Source: Acidimicrobiales bacterium (lineage in GTDB: Bacteria > Actinomycetota > Acidimicrobiia > Acidimicrobiales > BPGG01). Taken from it: a stretch of DNA of 64,000 nucleotides. Within the stretch, counting starts at the first letter, position 1, and each line of letters starts with the position of its first letter. A program made the translations under genes and the position numbers. The stretch lies in the NCBI GenBank assembly GCA_026002915.1, contig BPGG01000001.1, positions 597,468 through 661,467 on the forward strand. The letters are read 5' to 3'. The notes under the pieces were generated by a model that searched no databases, was not told the origin of the DNA, and saw only the letters and a program-made list of their open reading frames with translations. Of this stretch, positions 54,741-63,423 are shown piece after piece.

Positions 54741-56909
54741 TCAGGGGACGCGCGGGACCACGCAGCAGCCGGTCGAGAGTGATTCCACTATCGCGAGCGT
54801 CACCGCAGTCGTCTCGAGAGCTCGTTCGGCATGCTCTCGATCTCCGCCTAACACGGCCTGGGCGAACACTCTCAGCTCCTCTCGGTGCCCCTTGTCCTGC
54901 CTCGGCCTCGAGACCGACCTGCCGTCCACGACGAGCCTGCGCCAGTCGTCGATCTCACACGTGCGCGAGCCCTTGAAGACGACGAGGTTCTCCTTGGGGG
55001 TCGACGGACTCCCGACCGATGCATAGACGATCGAGGCGAGCGAACCGTCTTCGAACTCCATGGCGACCGACACGTCGTCGGTCGTCGGTACGTCGTCGGC
55101 TCCGTCTCTCACCCCACCGACTGCCGACACCCTGACCACCCTCGCCTCGACCAGCGCCATGCACGTGTCGACGAAGTGGCACACCTCTCCGATGATGCGG
55201 CCACCCTGCCGTCGATCCGCATACCAGTGCCCCGGGGGGATCCGCCCGGCGTTCACCCTGTAGCTGATCGTCGCAGGACCCGCCACGCTCGTGAGCACCC
55301 GACGTGCTTCCCGAAGCCATGGGGACCATCGGCGGTTGAATCCGACCATCAGAACCCCGTCACTCGCGGCGAGCGCCTCCGCCACCTCGGTCAGCTGTTC
55401 CTCCGAGATCGCCAGAGGCTTTTCACAGAACACGTGCTTTCCCGCTCGCAGGGCCTCCACGGTCAAGGGGGCATGGACGTCGTGAGGCGCAGCGATGAAT
55501 ACGACGTCTACGTCGGGGTCCACGATGACCCGACGTGCGTCCGTGGACGTGCGGGCGAAACCGAACCGCTCGGCGAGCCTTTCGGCAGTACGCCCCGAGG
55601 CGGAGCTGACCGCCACGAGTGGAGCGAAACCGGCTGCACGCAGACCCGGCACCAGCACCCGCTCCGCGAAGCTCCCGGCCCCGACGAGCCCCACGCCGCC
55701 ACGAACGCCGCGCCTCCCGGTCGTGGGCGCGGCCGCTCTCGCCCCTCTGGACCTGGCGTAGACGGCGGCTTTCGCTCCGTGAGCGAGCGACTCGACGTGT
55801 CTCCGGTCGTATGAGAGCAATACGGCGCAAGAGTCCGGATCCCGTTCTACGACTTCGTATGCCTCAGCCACGCGCTCGAAGGGGAAGCGGTGGGTCACCA
55901 GTTCCCCCGGGTCCACCGAGCCCCTCGCCAGCAGATCCAGGGCAGCTGCCATGTTGCGGCCCGCCGTCCAACGAGCCACCCCCGGCGGATAGTCGACACC
56001 CAGACGCTCGTAGCTGTGGTCGTATCGACCGGGCCCGTAAGACCTGGCGACTCTGACGGTGAGCTCTCGCTCGTAGAGCAGTCGCCTGTCGAGGTCCATA
56101 CGCACGTCGCCGACCACCACCACCGTCCCTCGCTCGCGTGTGTGCTCACATGCCGCCCGCGCAGCCCCCGGCGTCCGGTCCGACGCGCAGACGACGGTCA
56201 CGTCGGCTCCCTCCCCCTCGGACCACTCCGCCACCGCGACCCGCGCGGATTCCCCCGGCGGCGCGACTTGGTCACAGTGTCGCGAGGCTCTCGCCATCGC
56301 GACGGCGCGAGGGTCCACCCCGACGACAGGACATCCGCACGCCCTCGCGACCCGCACCGCCAACTGACCGAGCAGTCCCAGGCCGACCACACACACCCGC
56401 GAACCCAGTTCAACGCCCCCCAGGCGCAGAGCGTTGACGACGATCGCCATGAGGGTCGCGAAGCACGCCTTCTCCGATGCGACCTGTTCAGGAACCGGCA
56501 CCGCCAGCAGTGCCGGGACGGTCTGCACCTCGCCGTGACCGGCCCCCGCAGTGGCGACTCGCATGCCCGGTCGCAGTCCCCCTGTGTACTCTCCGACTTC
56601 GAGCACCGTCCCGACACCCGAATACCCGAGAGGCATCTGATCTTCCAGACGAGATCTGACCAGGGATGCCGTGTCGCGCAGACCAGCCACTCGCGCCCGG
56701 CGCCACACTTCACGCACCAGGTCCGGCCTCTGCATCGCCTTGCGCACCAGCGACGACCCGGCGAGATTCCTCACCGCTCTCTCGGTCCCCGACGAGATCA
56801 CCGACCATTCCGTCGCGACGGTCACCTCGGTCGCTTGCGGCCGGGGTGTCGGCACCTCCAGCAACACGAGGGAGCCGTCCTTGGTGGATTGGAACAGTTG
56901 ACGGACCAT
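54741..56909 (-). CDS. Bi-domain oxidoreductase: N-terminal zinc-type alcohol dehydrogenase (MDR) fused to a C-terminal Gfo/Idh/MocA domain
   Basis: 722-aa ORF. N-half carries GYSGVGTVLEVG and VVGLGLLGQLAV. C-half carries VGLVGAGSFA and FCEKPLAIS. Its ATG overlaps the upstream stop by 1 nt (TGATG). Confidence 0.8.
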   Translation of the reverse strand: MVRQLFQSTKDGSLVLLEVPTPRPQATEVTVATEWSVISSGTERAVRNLAGSSLVRKAMQRPDLVREVWRRARVAGLRDTASLVRSRLEDQMPLGYSGVGTVLEVGEYTGGLRPGMRVATAGAGHGEVQTVPALLAVPVPEQVASEKACFATLMAIVVNALRLGGVELGSRVCVVGLGLLGQLAVRVARACGCPVVGVDPRAVAMARASRHCDQVAPPGESARVAVAEWSEGEGADVTVVCASDRTPGAARAACEHTRERGTVVVVGDVRMDLDRRLLYERELTVRVARSYGPGRYDHSYERLGVDYPPGVARWTAGRNMAAALDLLARGSVDPGELVTHRFPFERVAEAYEVVERDPDSCAVLLSYDRRHVESLAHGAKAAVYARSRGARAAAPTTGRRGVRGGVGLVGAGSFAERVLVPGLRAAGFAPLVAVSSASGRTAERLAERFGFARTSTDARRVIVDPDVDVVFIAAPHDVHAPLTVEALRAGKHVFCEKPLAISEEQLTEVAEALAASDGVLMVGFNRRWSPWLREARRVLTSVAGPATISYRVNAGRIPPGHWYADRRQGGRIIGEVCHFVDTCMALVEARVVRVSAVGGVRDGADDVPTTDDVSVAMEFEDGSLASIVYASVGSPSTPKENLVVFKGSRTCEIDDWRRLVVDGRSVSRPRQDKGHREELRVFAQAVLGGDREHAERALETTAVTLAIVESLSTGCCVVPRVP

Positions 56910-58777
56910 CAGGAGGCGAGAACCCGACGTGGACTCGACGTCGTGAGGCGACGCAGCTCCTCTGTCGGATCCGGGTCGTCGTCGAGACCTTCCACCTCCT
57001 CGAAAGCGAGAGGCGGCACGTCGACGTGTGAGATGGCGGGATGCACTCGCCGGCTCTCGACCTCTTCCTCCCCGAACAACACCTCGTGGAGCTTCTCCCC
57101 GGGCCTCAGACCGGTGAACTCGATCGGTATGTCACGCCCGGAGGCGGCTACCAGCCTGCGAGCCACGTCGACGATGCGGACCGGATCACCCATGTCGAGC
57201 ACCAGAGCCTCGCCTCTCCGACCGACTGCACCCGCCTGTATGACCAGCTCGCATGCCTCCTGCACGGTCATGAAATAACGGGTCACTTCGGGATGCGTGA
57301 CGGTGACCGGGCCGCCTCGACGAATCTGCTCCTTGAACGCCTCGAGCACCGAACCCCGGCTCCCGAGGACGTTCCCGAACCGGACGCTGAGATACACACC
57401 GCTCCCCTCTACCTCGTTGGCGGCAGCAGTGAGGCGCTCCGCTACGCGCTTGGTGTAGCCCAGCACCGAAGTCGGATCGGCCGCCTTGTCGGTGGACACG
57501 TTGACGAAACGACCCACGCCGAACTCGAGACTCGCTCGCAAGACGTTCAGAGTGCCGAGGACGTTCGTCTTCACGGCCTCCCTCGGGTGTAGTTCGAGCA
57601 GCGGTAGGTGCTTGAGTGCCGCAGCGTGGAAGACGACCTCTGGCCGGTGCCGGGCAAAGACACGCCGCAGATCTTCTTGGTCGCGGATGTCGCAGACGAC
57701 CAGATGCTCGCCTTCCGAGTTTCCTGAATCATCACCGCTCGACCTCCGGGCACCCGCAAGAGAGAGCTGCACCTGGTACAAGGCGGTCTCGTCCCTGTCG
57801 AGCATCACCAGTCGGGCCGGTGAGAAACGCGAGATCTGACGACAGAGCTCGGAACCGATCGACCCCCCTGCGCCCGTGACGAGCACGCGGGACCCGCCTA
57901 TGTATCCGGCTATCCCCACGACATCCGTCTCTATTCGATGACGACCGAGGAGGTCCTCCTCGCTCACAGGCCGGATGTCTGCCAGCTCGAGTGGGTGGCC
58001 CAGCAACTCCCCCACCGCAGGCAGGACGTGCACTTGGAGGCCTGCCCTCTCTGCGCGCTCGGTGAGCTCACGGATCAGCTCCGACCGTGCCGACGGTATC
58101 GCTATCAGGATCGCCGAAGCCCTGAACCTCTGGGCTGCCTGTGGTATGTCGTCCCGCGTCCCTACTACTCGTATCCCTTTGATCCGAAGGTTTCGCTTCG
58201 CCGGATCGTCGTCCAAGACGGCGACTGGCACGAAGGGGCTGTCCGGCGTACGCAGCATCGCAGACACGATCTGGAAACCGCCCTCCCCAGCCCCGAAGAC
58301 GAGAAGGCGTCGAGCCCGTGCCGAAGGTCTGAGACGACGCTCCAAGCTCAACCTGAAGGCGTAACGGGCGCCCCCCATGAGAACGAAGGCGACCATGCCC
58401 GAACCCAACAGCACGCTCGCCGGCAGTCGTGGGGGCGAGACGAGCCGGTTCACAGCGGTCACGACGGCGGTGACCACGACGACACCCCTCGCCAGCGCCG
58501 CCACCTCCTCGAAGCTGCCGTACCTCCAGCGACCCCGGTATTGACCGCCGAGGATCCCCACTACCGCTTGGAGCGCCCAGAGCATCGGGAGCACGACGAA
58601 GATGCCACCGGTGCCCAGAGGATCGGTCATGAACCGCGAGTACCTGAGCCAGATGGTCAGGACCACCGCAACCGACCACGCCGTCCAGTCGACCCCTATC
58701 TGCACCACCGTCCTTGCGCGCGCGAGACGAGCCCACACCGTCGTCGGGTTCCCACCGTCTTCACGCAATGCAGGCAC
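56909..58777 (-). CDS. Membrane-anchored nucleotide-sugar 4,6-dehydratase (CapD/PglF/WbpM family)
   Basis: 622-aa ORF. Four N-terminal TM helices, then two Rossmann regions (LLVFGAGEGG; VLVTGAGGSIGSEL) and the catalytic Y-x-x-x-K (GYTKRVAE). Confidence 0.9.
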   Translation of the reverse strand: MPALREDGGNPTTVWARLARARTVVQIGVDWTAWSVAVVLTIWLRYSRFMTDPLGTGGIFVVLPMLWALQAVVGILGGQYRGRWRYGSFEEVAALARGVVVVTAVVTAVNRLVSPPRLPASVLLGSGMVAFVLMGGARYAFRLSLERRLRPSARARRLLVFGAGEGGFQIVSAMLRTPDSPFVPVAVLDDDPAKRNLRIKGIRVVGTRDDIPQAAQRFRASAILIAIPSARSELIRELTERAERAGLQVHVLPAVGELLGHPLELADIRPVSEEDLLGRHRIETDVVGIAGYIGGSRVLVTGAGGSIGSELCRQISRFSPARLVMLDRDETALYQVQLSLAGARRSSGDDSGNSEGEHLVVCDIRDQEDLRRVFARHRPEVVFHAAALKHLPLLELHPREAVKTNVLGTLNVLRASLEFGVGRFVNVSTDKAADPTSVLGYTKRVAERLTAAANEVEGSGVYLSVRFGNVLGSRGSVLEAFKEQIRRGGPVTVTHPEVTRYFMTVQEACELVIQAGAVGRRGEALVLDMGDPVRIVDVARRLVAASGRDIPIEFTGLRPGEKLHEVLFGEEEVESRRVHPAISHVDVPPLAFEEVEGLDDDPDPTEELRRLTTSSPRRVLAS

Positions 58778-59011
58778 CCCGCCCTCGACCCATTCGCCCT
58801 CGGCGCACTAGACACCTCATCATCCACGCTCCGACGCTGCGAACCTCACAGGACCCACAGCACAGCCGCGGGGGCCGTCGCTCAGCGCCTTCGCCGCTCC
58901 GCTGCTCCGCCAGCCGCCCAAGACTAACGCACCTGCCGCCCAGACGGTTTCACGCCGCGGTGCTCCCGTAGGGGTAGTCCCCTGAACCTGCCGGTTCGAG
59001 GCCATAGCCTC

Positions 59012-59941
59012 GTGACGATGAGAGTCGCGATCACCGGTTCACGCGGTCTGATCGGGCGGGCGCTGACCAGAGAGCTCCGCCGACGGGGGCACGAGGTAAT
59101 ACGCCTCGTACGGTCCCGCGACACCCAGCCCATGGCGCAGACGACCGCCATCCTGTGGGATCCGGTCCAGGGCGTGGGTGAACCTCGACGTCTGGAGGGC
59201 GTCGATGCGGTCGTGCATCTCGCAGGACCAGGCATCGGGGACCGTCGGTGGACTGAGAGCAGGAAACGACTCCTGCACGACGCTCGTGTGGAGGGCACGC
59301 GCAACATCGCCGAGACTCTCGCCGGTCTCCAAAATCGTCCTCGCGTATTCGTCTCTGCATCGGCCATCGGCTTCTATGGCGACACCGGCGACGAGACGGT
59401 CGACGAGGATGCGCCTCAGGGTGGCGGTTTCCTCGCCGAGCTCTGCCGGGCGTGGGAGGAGGCCACAGGCCCGGCCGCGGAAGCAGGAATCCGAACGATG
59501 TGCATACGGACTGGGCTGGTGCTCGCCCCGGACGGCGGACTCCTGTCGAGACTTTTGCCGTTGTTCCGACTAGGTCTCGGCGGCTGGCCAGGGGACGGGC
59601 GGCAGTGGTGGAGCTGGATCTCACTCGAAGACGAAGTGAGAGCCATCCTCCATCTCGTCGATTCCGAGGTGAACGGGCCGGTGAACCTCGTGGCACCGAC
59701 CCCGGTTACGGCCAGGGAGTTCGCAGTCGAACTCGCTCGCAGCCTCTGTCGGAGGGCGTTCCTCCCAGTCCCCACACTGCCCTTGCGCCTCGTATTGGGT
59801 TCGGAGCTGGTCAGGGAGCTGCTGCTGACTAGCCAGCGAGTCACACCTCGCGTCCTCACGGCGTCGGGGTTCTCTTTCGCCCATGAGACGATCGACGAAG
59901 CGTTCGCCTGGGTGGTCGAGAAAGCCCGGCCGACCCCGTGA
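59012..59941 (+). CDS. TIGR01777/YfcH-family NAD-dependent epimerase-like protein (DUF1731 C-terminus)
   Basis: 309-aa ORF; ATG 59018 is an equally good start. VAITGSRGLIGRAL, plus a family-typical C-terminal segment (RQWWSWISLEDEV, PVNLVAPTPVT). Confidence 0.8.
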   Translation: MTMRVAITGSRGLIGRALTRELRRRGHEVIRLVRSRDTQPMAQTTAILWDPVQGVGEPRRLEGVDAVVHLAGPGIGDRRWTESRKRLLHDARVEGTRNIAETLAGLQNRPRVFVSASAIGFYGDTGDETVDEDAPQGGGFLAELCRAWEEATGPAAEAGIRTMCIRTGLVLAPDGGLLSRLLPLFRLGLGGWPGDGRQWWSWISLEDEVRAILHLVDSEVNGPVNLVAPTPVTAREFAVELARSLCRRAFLPVPTLPLRLVLGSELVRELLLTSQRVTPRVLTASGFSFAHETIDEAFAWVVEKARPTP

Positions 59942-60017
59942 CGCAGTCGCCTGATGGGTCGTCGGCGCCTCCTGACTCGTTGCCTGATCAGCCCGCGTCA
60001 GACGAGCCGGGTCGTCG

Positions 60018-60797
60018 TCACTTGGGCTGCATCCGGACCCCGCCGTCGAGACGCAGGACGGCGGCGTTCATGTAGCTGTTGGTCACGAGCTCGACCGCCA
60101 TGGTCGCGAATTCTTCGGCGAAGCCGAGTCGCTTGGGGAACAAGACGTCCTTCTTCAGCCGTTCCTTGAACGCCTCGGACGCCTCACCCTGCCCGTAGAT
60201 GGGGGTGTCGATCAGACCGGGAGCGATCGTGTTCACCCTGATGCCGACCGCCGCAAGGTCGCGGGCCACCGGAAGCGTCATCCCGACGACGCCTCCCTTG
60301 GAAGCCGAGTAGGCGGCCTGTCCGATCTGACCGTCGAACGCGGCGACCGACGCGGTGTTCACTATCGCTCCTCGCTCCCCGTCCTCGTTCAGCGGTTCGG
60401 TGCGGCTCATGGCGGTGGCGGCAATCCGGATGCAATTGAAGGTGCCGACGAGGTTCACGTCGATCACCTTGCGGAACACCTCGAGGTCGTGAGCGGACGA
60501 GTACTGCCCGTCCTTGCCGATCGTCCTCGTCGCCCACCCGATCCCGGCACAGTTGACCAGCACTCTGAGAGGCGCCATCTCCATCGCCGTGTCCACCGCG
60601 GCGATCACCTCGTCGGTGTTCGTCACGTCGGCGTGGCAGAAAGCACCTCCGATCTCGGAAGCGACCTTCTCCCCCTTCTCGTCCTGCATGTCAACCACCA
60701 CGACCCGCACACCCCTCTGGGCCAGCAGGCGGGCGGTCGCCTCACCGAGACCCGAAGCCCCGCCGGTGACTACTGCGGAACATCCCTCGATCTGCAT
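60018..60797 (-). CDS. Short-chain dehydrogenase/reductase, 3-hydroxyacyl-CoA dehydrogenase type II-like
   Basis: 259-aa [17 protein letters not shown], catalytic YSASKGGV, and the pattern [14 protein letters not shown]. Confidence 0.85.
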   Translation of the reverse strand: MQIEGCSAVVTGGASGLGEATARLLAQRGVRVVVVDMQDEKGEKVASEIGGAFCHADVTNTDEVIAAVDTAMEMAPLRVLVNCAGIGWATRTIGKDGQYSSAHDLEVFRKVIDVNLVGTFNCIRIAATAMSRTEPLNEDGERGAIVNTASVAAFDGQIGQAAYSASKGGVVGMTLPVARDLAAVGIRVNTIAPGLIDTPIYGQGEASEAFKERLKKDVLFPKRLGFAEEFATMAVELVTNSYMNAAVLRLDGGVRMQPK

Positions 60798-60923
60798 GCG
60801 TCGAGACTACGGCAGCGGACCCATGCCCTTCCCAAATCGACGATCTGCGTCAGTCTCACGATATAGAACGCGGTCCAACGAACCGACGTTCCACTCCACC
60901 ACCCCCCGCCGGTGCACTGTGTA

Positions 60924-61599
60924 TCAGCCCGCGTCGAGGGAGTCGAGGTGCGCGGTGTCGTTGAAGCAACGCAGGAACCAACCGTGCGGGCCCACGACCA
61001 CGCGGGATATCGACGCGTTGTCCGCCGAAAGGAAGTGGAAGCACGAGGTACCGGCGGCTTGTGCGCAGATCTCCGCGATGGTCCCGCCGTGGGCGACGGA
61101 CGAGCACGCGCGACGAGGGGTGTGCGTTTGCGATGCGCTCCACTGCGGCTCTGACGCGCGCCGCGAACGACTCGTTCGATTCCGCTCCGGGGATCACGTC
61201 CCAGCGCCTGCGTGTGAACACCTCCACCACCAGCGGGTCCCCGTCAGCGATCTTCTTCCTCCACACACCACCCTCCCATTCTCCGAGGTACACCTCTCGG
61301 AGGTCGGGTTCGACGATCGCCTCCATGCCCGTGGCGTCCAGGAGCGGCTGTGCGGTCTGCAGGGTCCGCCGTAAGGGCGTCACGTACACGGCCTCGAGCG
61401 ACCACGATGCCAGACGTTCGGCCAGCGCCTTCGCCTGCATCACCCCCTCGGGAGCCAGATCCGGGTCGCCGTGCCCGTCCTTCAAGGGAAACGGGTTCCC
61501 TTCCACGTATGGGACGGTCTTGCCGTGCCTCACCAACACGATCTCGACCGAACCGGGAGGAGCCCTGAAGGTCCTCTGGTGATGGACGCGCTCGCTCAC
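60924..61599 (-). pseudogene. Histidine phosphatase (phosphoglycerate-mutase-like) family gene with a 1-nt frameshift near 61098-61099
   Basis: N-terminal part is in ORF 60856-61992 (IVLVRHGKT, RRTLQTA). After RVLV the listed frame becomes R-rich. Shifting one base restores VAHGGTIAEICAQAAGTSCFHFLSADNASISRVVVGPHGWFLRCFNDTAHLDSLDAG, ending at the stop at 60924. Confidence 0.75.
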
Positions 61600-61610
61600 G
61601 AGACCGGAGA

Positions 61611-61992
61611 CTACGACGCAGAGTGAGAGTCGAGGGCGCCGGACGTGACGGCCGGCCGGCGCTCGAATACGACCGAGGTGAACTCCTGCGGAGCTCCCCA
61701 GGGCGTCCGGTGTGTCTCCGTGCGATGCTCCAACGGCACCAGGAGCCCCGCGAACTCTCTCATGAGCAGGTCGGGCGAGTACCTGTTCACCCCGCAGACC
61801 CGAGCACGTCTCCGGCGCTCGCGGGGAGAAAGTGCCTATGATCGCACGCCCTCCCGGGACCAGGGCGCGCGCGAGCGTCGTCTTGTAGGCCTGCCGGTCC
61901 TGAGGAGTCGCCATGAAGTCACCGTGGCGTGTGATCAGCTCCCGAGATACGGCGGGCTCGGGGCTTCGACCCACTCGCTCCCCCTGCTGCAT
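61611..61992 (-). pseudogene. Remnant of a class I SAM-dependent methyltransferase (C-terminal ~110 aa only, with an internal frameshift)
   Basis: Translation gives ...TPQDRQAYKTTLARALVPGGRAIIGTFSPRAPETCSGL. After a one-base shift in a C4 run (61790-61793) it continues VNRYSPDLLMREFAGLLVPLEHRTETHRTPWGAPQEFTSVVFERR. No SAM-binding N-terminal half is present; an in-frame TAG lies just upstream and the space is occupied by the gene at 62040. Confidence 0.55.
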
Positions 61993-62039
61993 CGAGTACT
62001 ACGGCGGTGAGACAGCCTTGCACTTCCTAGCCTAGAGTC

Positions 62040-63423
62040 ATGCGATTCCAGCAGTACTACCTCGACTGCCTCTCACAGGCCTCCTACCTGATAGGCGACG
62101 AGACCACCGGCCGGGCCGTCGTCGTGGATCCCCGAAGGGACGTCGAGGAGTACCTGCGTGACGCCGAGGCGATGGGACTCCGGATCGAGCTGGTGATCGA
62201 GACGCACTTCCACGCCGACTTCGTCTCCGGCCATCTCGAGCTCGCGGCTGCGACGGGGGCGGAGATCGCCTTCGGTAGCGCCGCAGAGACCGAGTTCCCC
62301 ATACGACACCTGCGGGACGGTGAGCGCATCAGCCTGGGTGAGGTGACCCTCGAGGTTCTCGAGACCCCGGGACACACACCGGAGTCGATATGCCTCGTCG
62401 TCTGGGAGCACCCGGAAGACGAGATCCCTTACGGAGTGCTGACGGGGGACACCCTCTTCATCGGCGACGTCGGCCGTCCGGACCTCCTGGCCTCAGTCGG
62501 ATTCACCGCAGAGGAGATGGCTTCCCGGCTGTACGACTCGCTGCACGACAAGCTCCTCCGCCTCCCCGACGAGACCCGCGTCTTCCCCGCCCACGGCGCC
62601 GGATCGGCGTGTGGGAAGAGCCTTTCCACCGAGACGGTCTCGACGATCGGTGAGCAGAAGCGGACGAACTACGCCCTGCGTCCGATGACGAGAGAAGAGT
62701 TCGTGCGCCTGATCACAGAGGGACAGCCGATCGCTCCTGGATACTTCTCCTTCGACGCCCGCCGGAACCGGGAAGCCCGGGGGCTGCTGAGCGAGCACGA
62801 AGCGCCCGAACGGCTCGACCTCGAGCGTGTCCGGGCCCTGTGCGAGAGCGGTGCCGTCGTGTTGGACACGAGGGACCCGGCGGATTTCGCGGCTGCACAT
62901 CTAGACGGCGCCATAAACGTCGGGTTGGGTGGCCGCTTCGCCGAGATGGTCGGCGCCGTCGTCGAACCGGGCACCCCCATCGTGCTGGTCTCCGAACCCG
63001 GTTCGGAGGTCGAGGCGAAGGTCAGGTTGGCGAGGATCGGCTACGACACGGTGGAGGGCTTCCTCTCCGATCCGTACCGGGTCTTCCAGGAACATCCCGA
63101 AGTCGTCGTGCGATCGAGCCGCATCACCGCAGCCGAGCTCGCCGACATCCTCTCGTCCGACGCACCGCGGCCGCTGCTGGTCGACGTCAGGAACCCGGCA
63201 GAGCGCTCGGAGGGCGTCATCGACGGAGCGCTCCCCATACCGCTGGCAGAGCTCCCCCCGCCGCGCCGGGGAGCTGCTCTCGGAGGAGGCCCGATCTCAG
63301 CCCGTGGTGTTCTACTGTGCGAGCGGGTACAGGTCGTCGATCGCAGCCAGCCTGCTCTCAAACCTTGGCCATCCCGACGTCTCCGACCTTCTGGGCGGTT
63401 ACGCAGCGTGGACGTCACTGTGA
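62040..63423 (+). pseudogene. MBL-fold persulfide-dioxygenase-like hydrolase fused to two rhodanese domains, frameshifted in a C6 run (63254-63259)
   Basis: ORF 62040-63473 carries the MBL motif ETHFHADFVSG and GHTPES. After ...PIPLAELP the frame turns R/G-rich. ORF 62929-63423 in the next frame supplies [54 protein letters not shown], which includes the rhodanese active-site loop. Confidence 0.8.

Noticed and set aside
55890-58927. Plus-strand ORFs 55890-57278 and 57938-58927
   Set aside because: They are antisense to the bi-domain oxidoreductase and the CapD/PglF dehydratase.
58930-59011. tRNA-like GGTTCGAGG segment in the spacer before the epimerase-like gene
   Set aside because: No acceptor, D or anticodon stems can be built around it. 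The T-stem pairing is only 3 bp.
62929-63423. 164-aa ORF considered as an independent rhodanese gene
   Set aside because: Only its last ~60 residues look real, and they continue the upstream MBL-rhodanese gene after a one-base shift in a C6 run.
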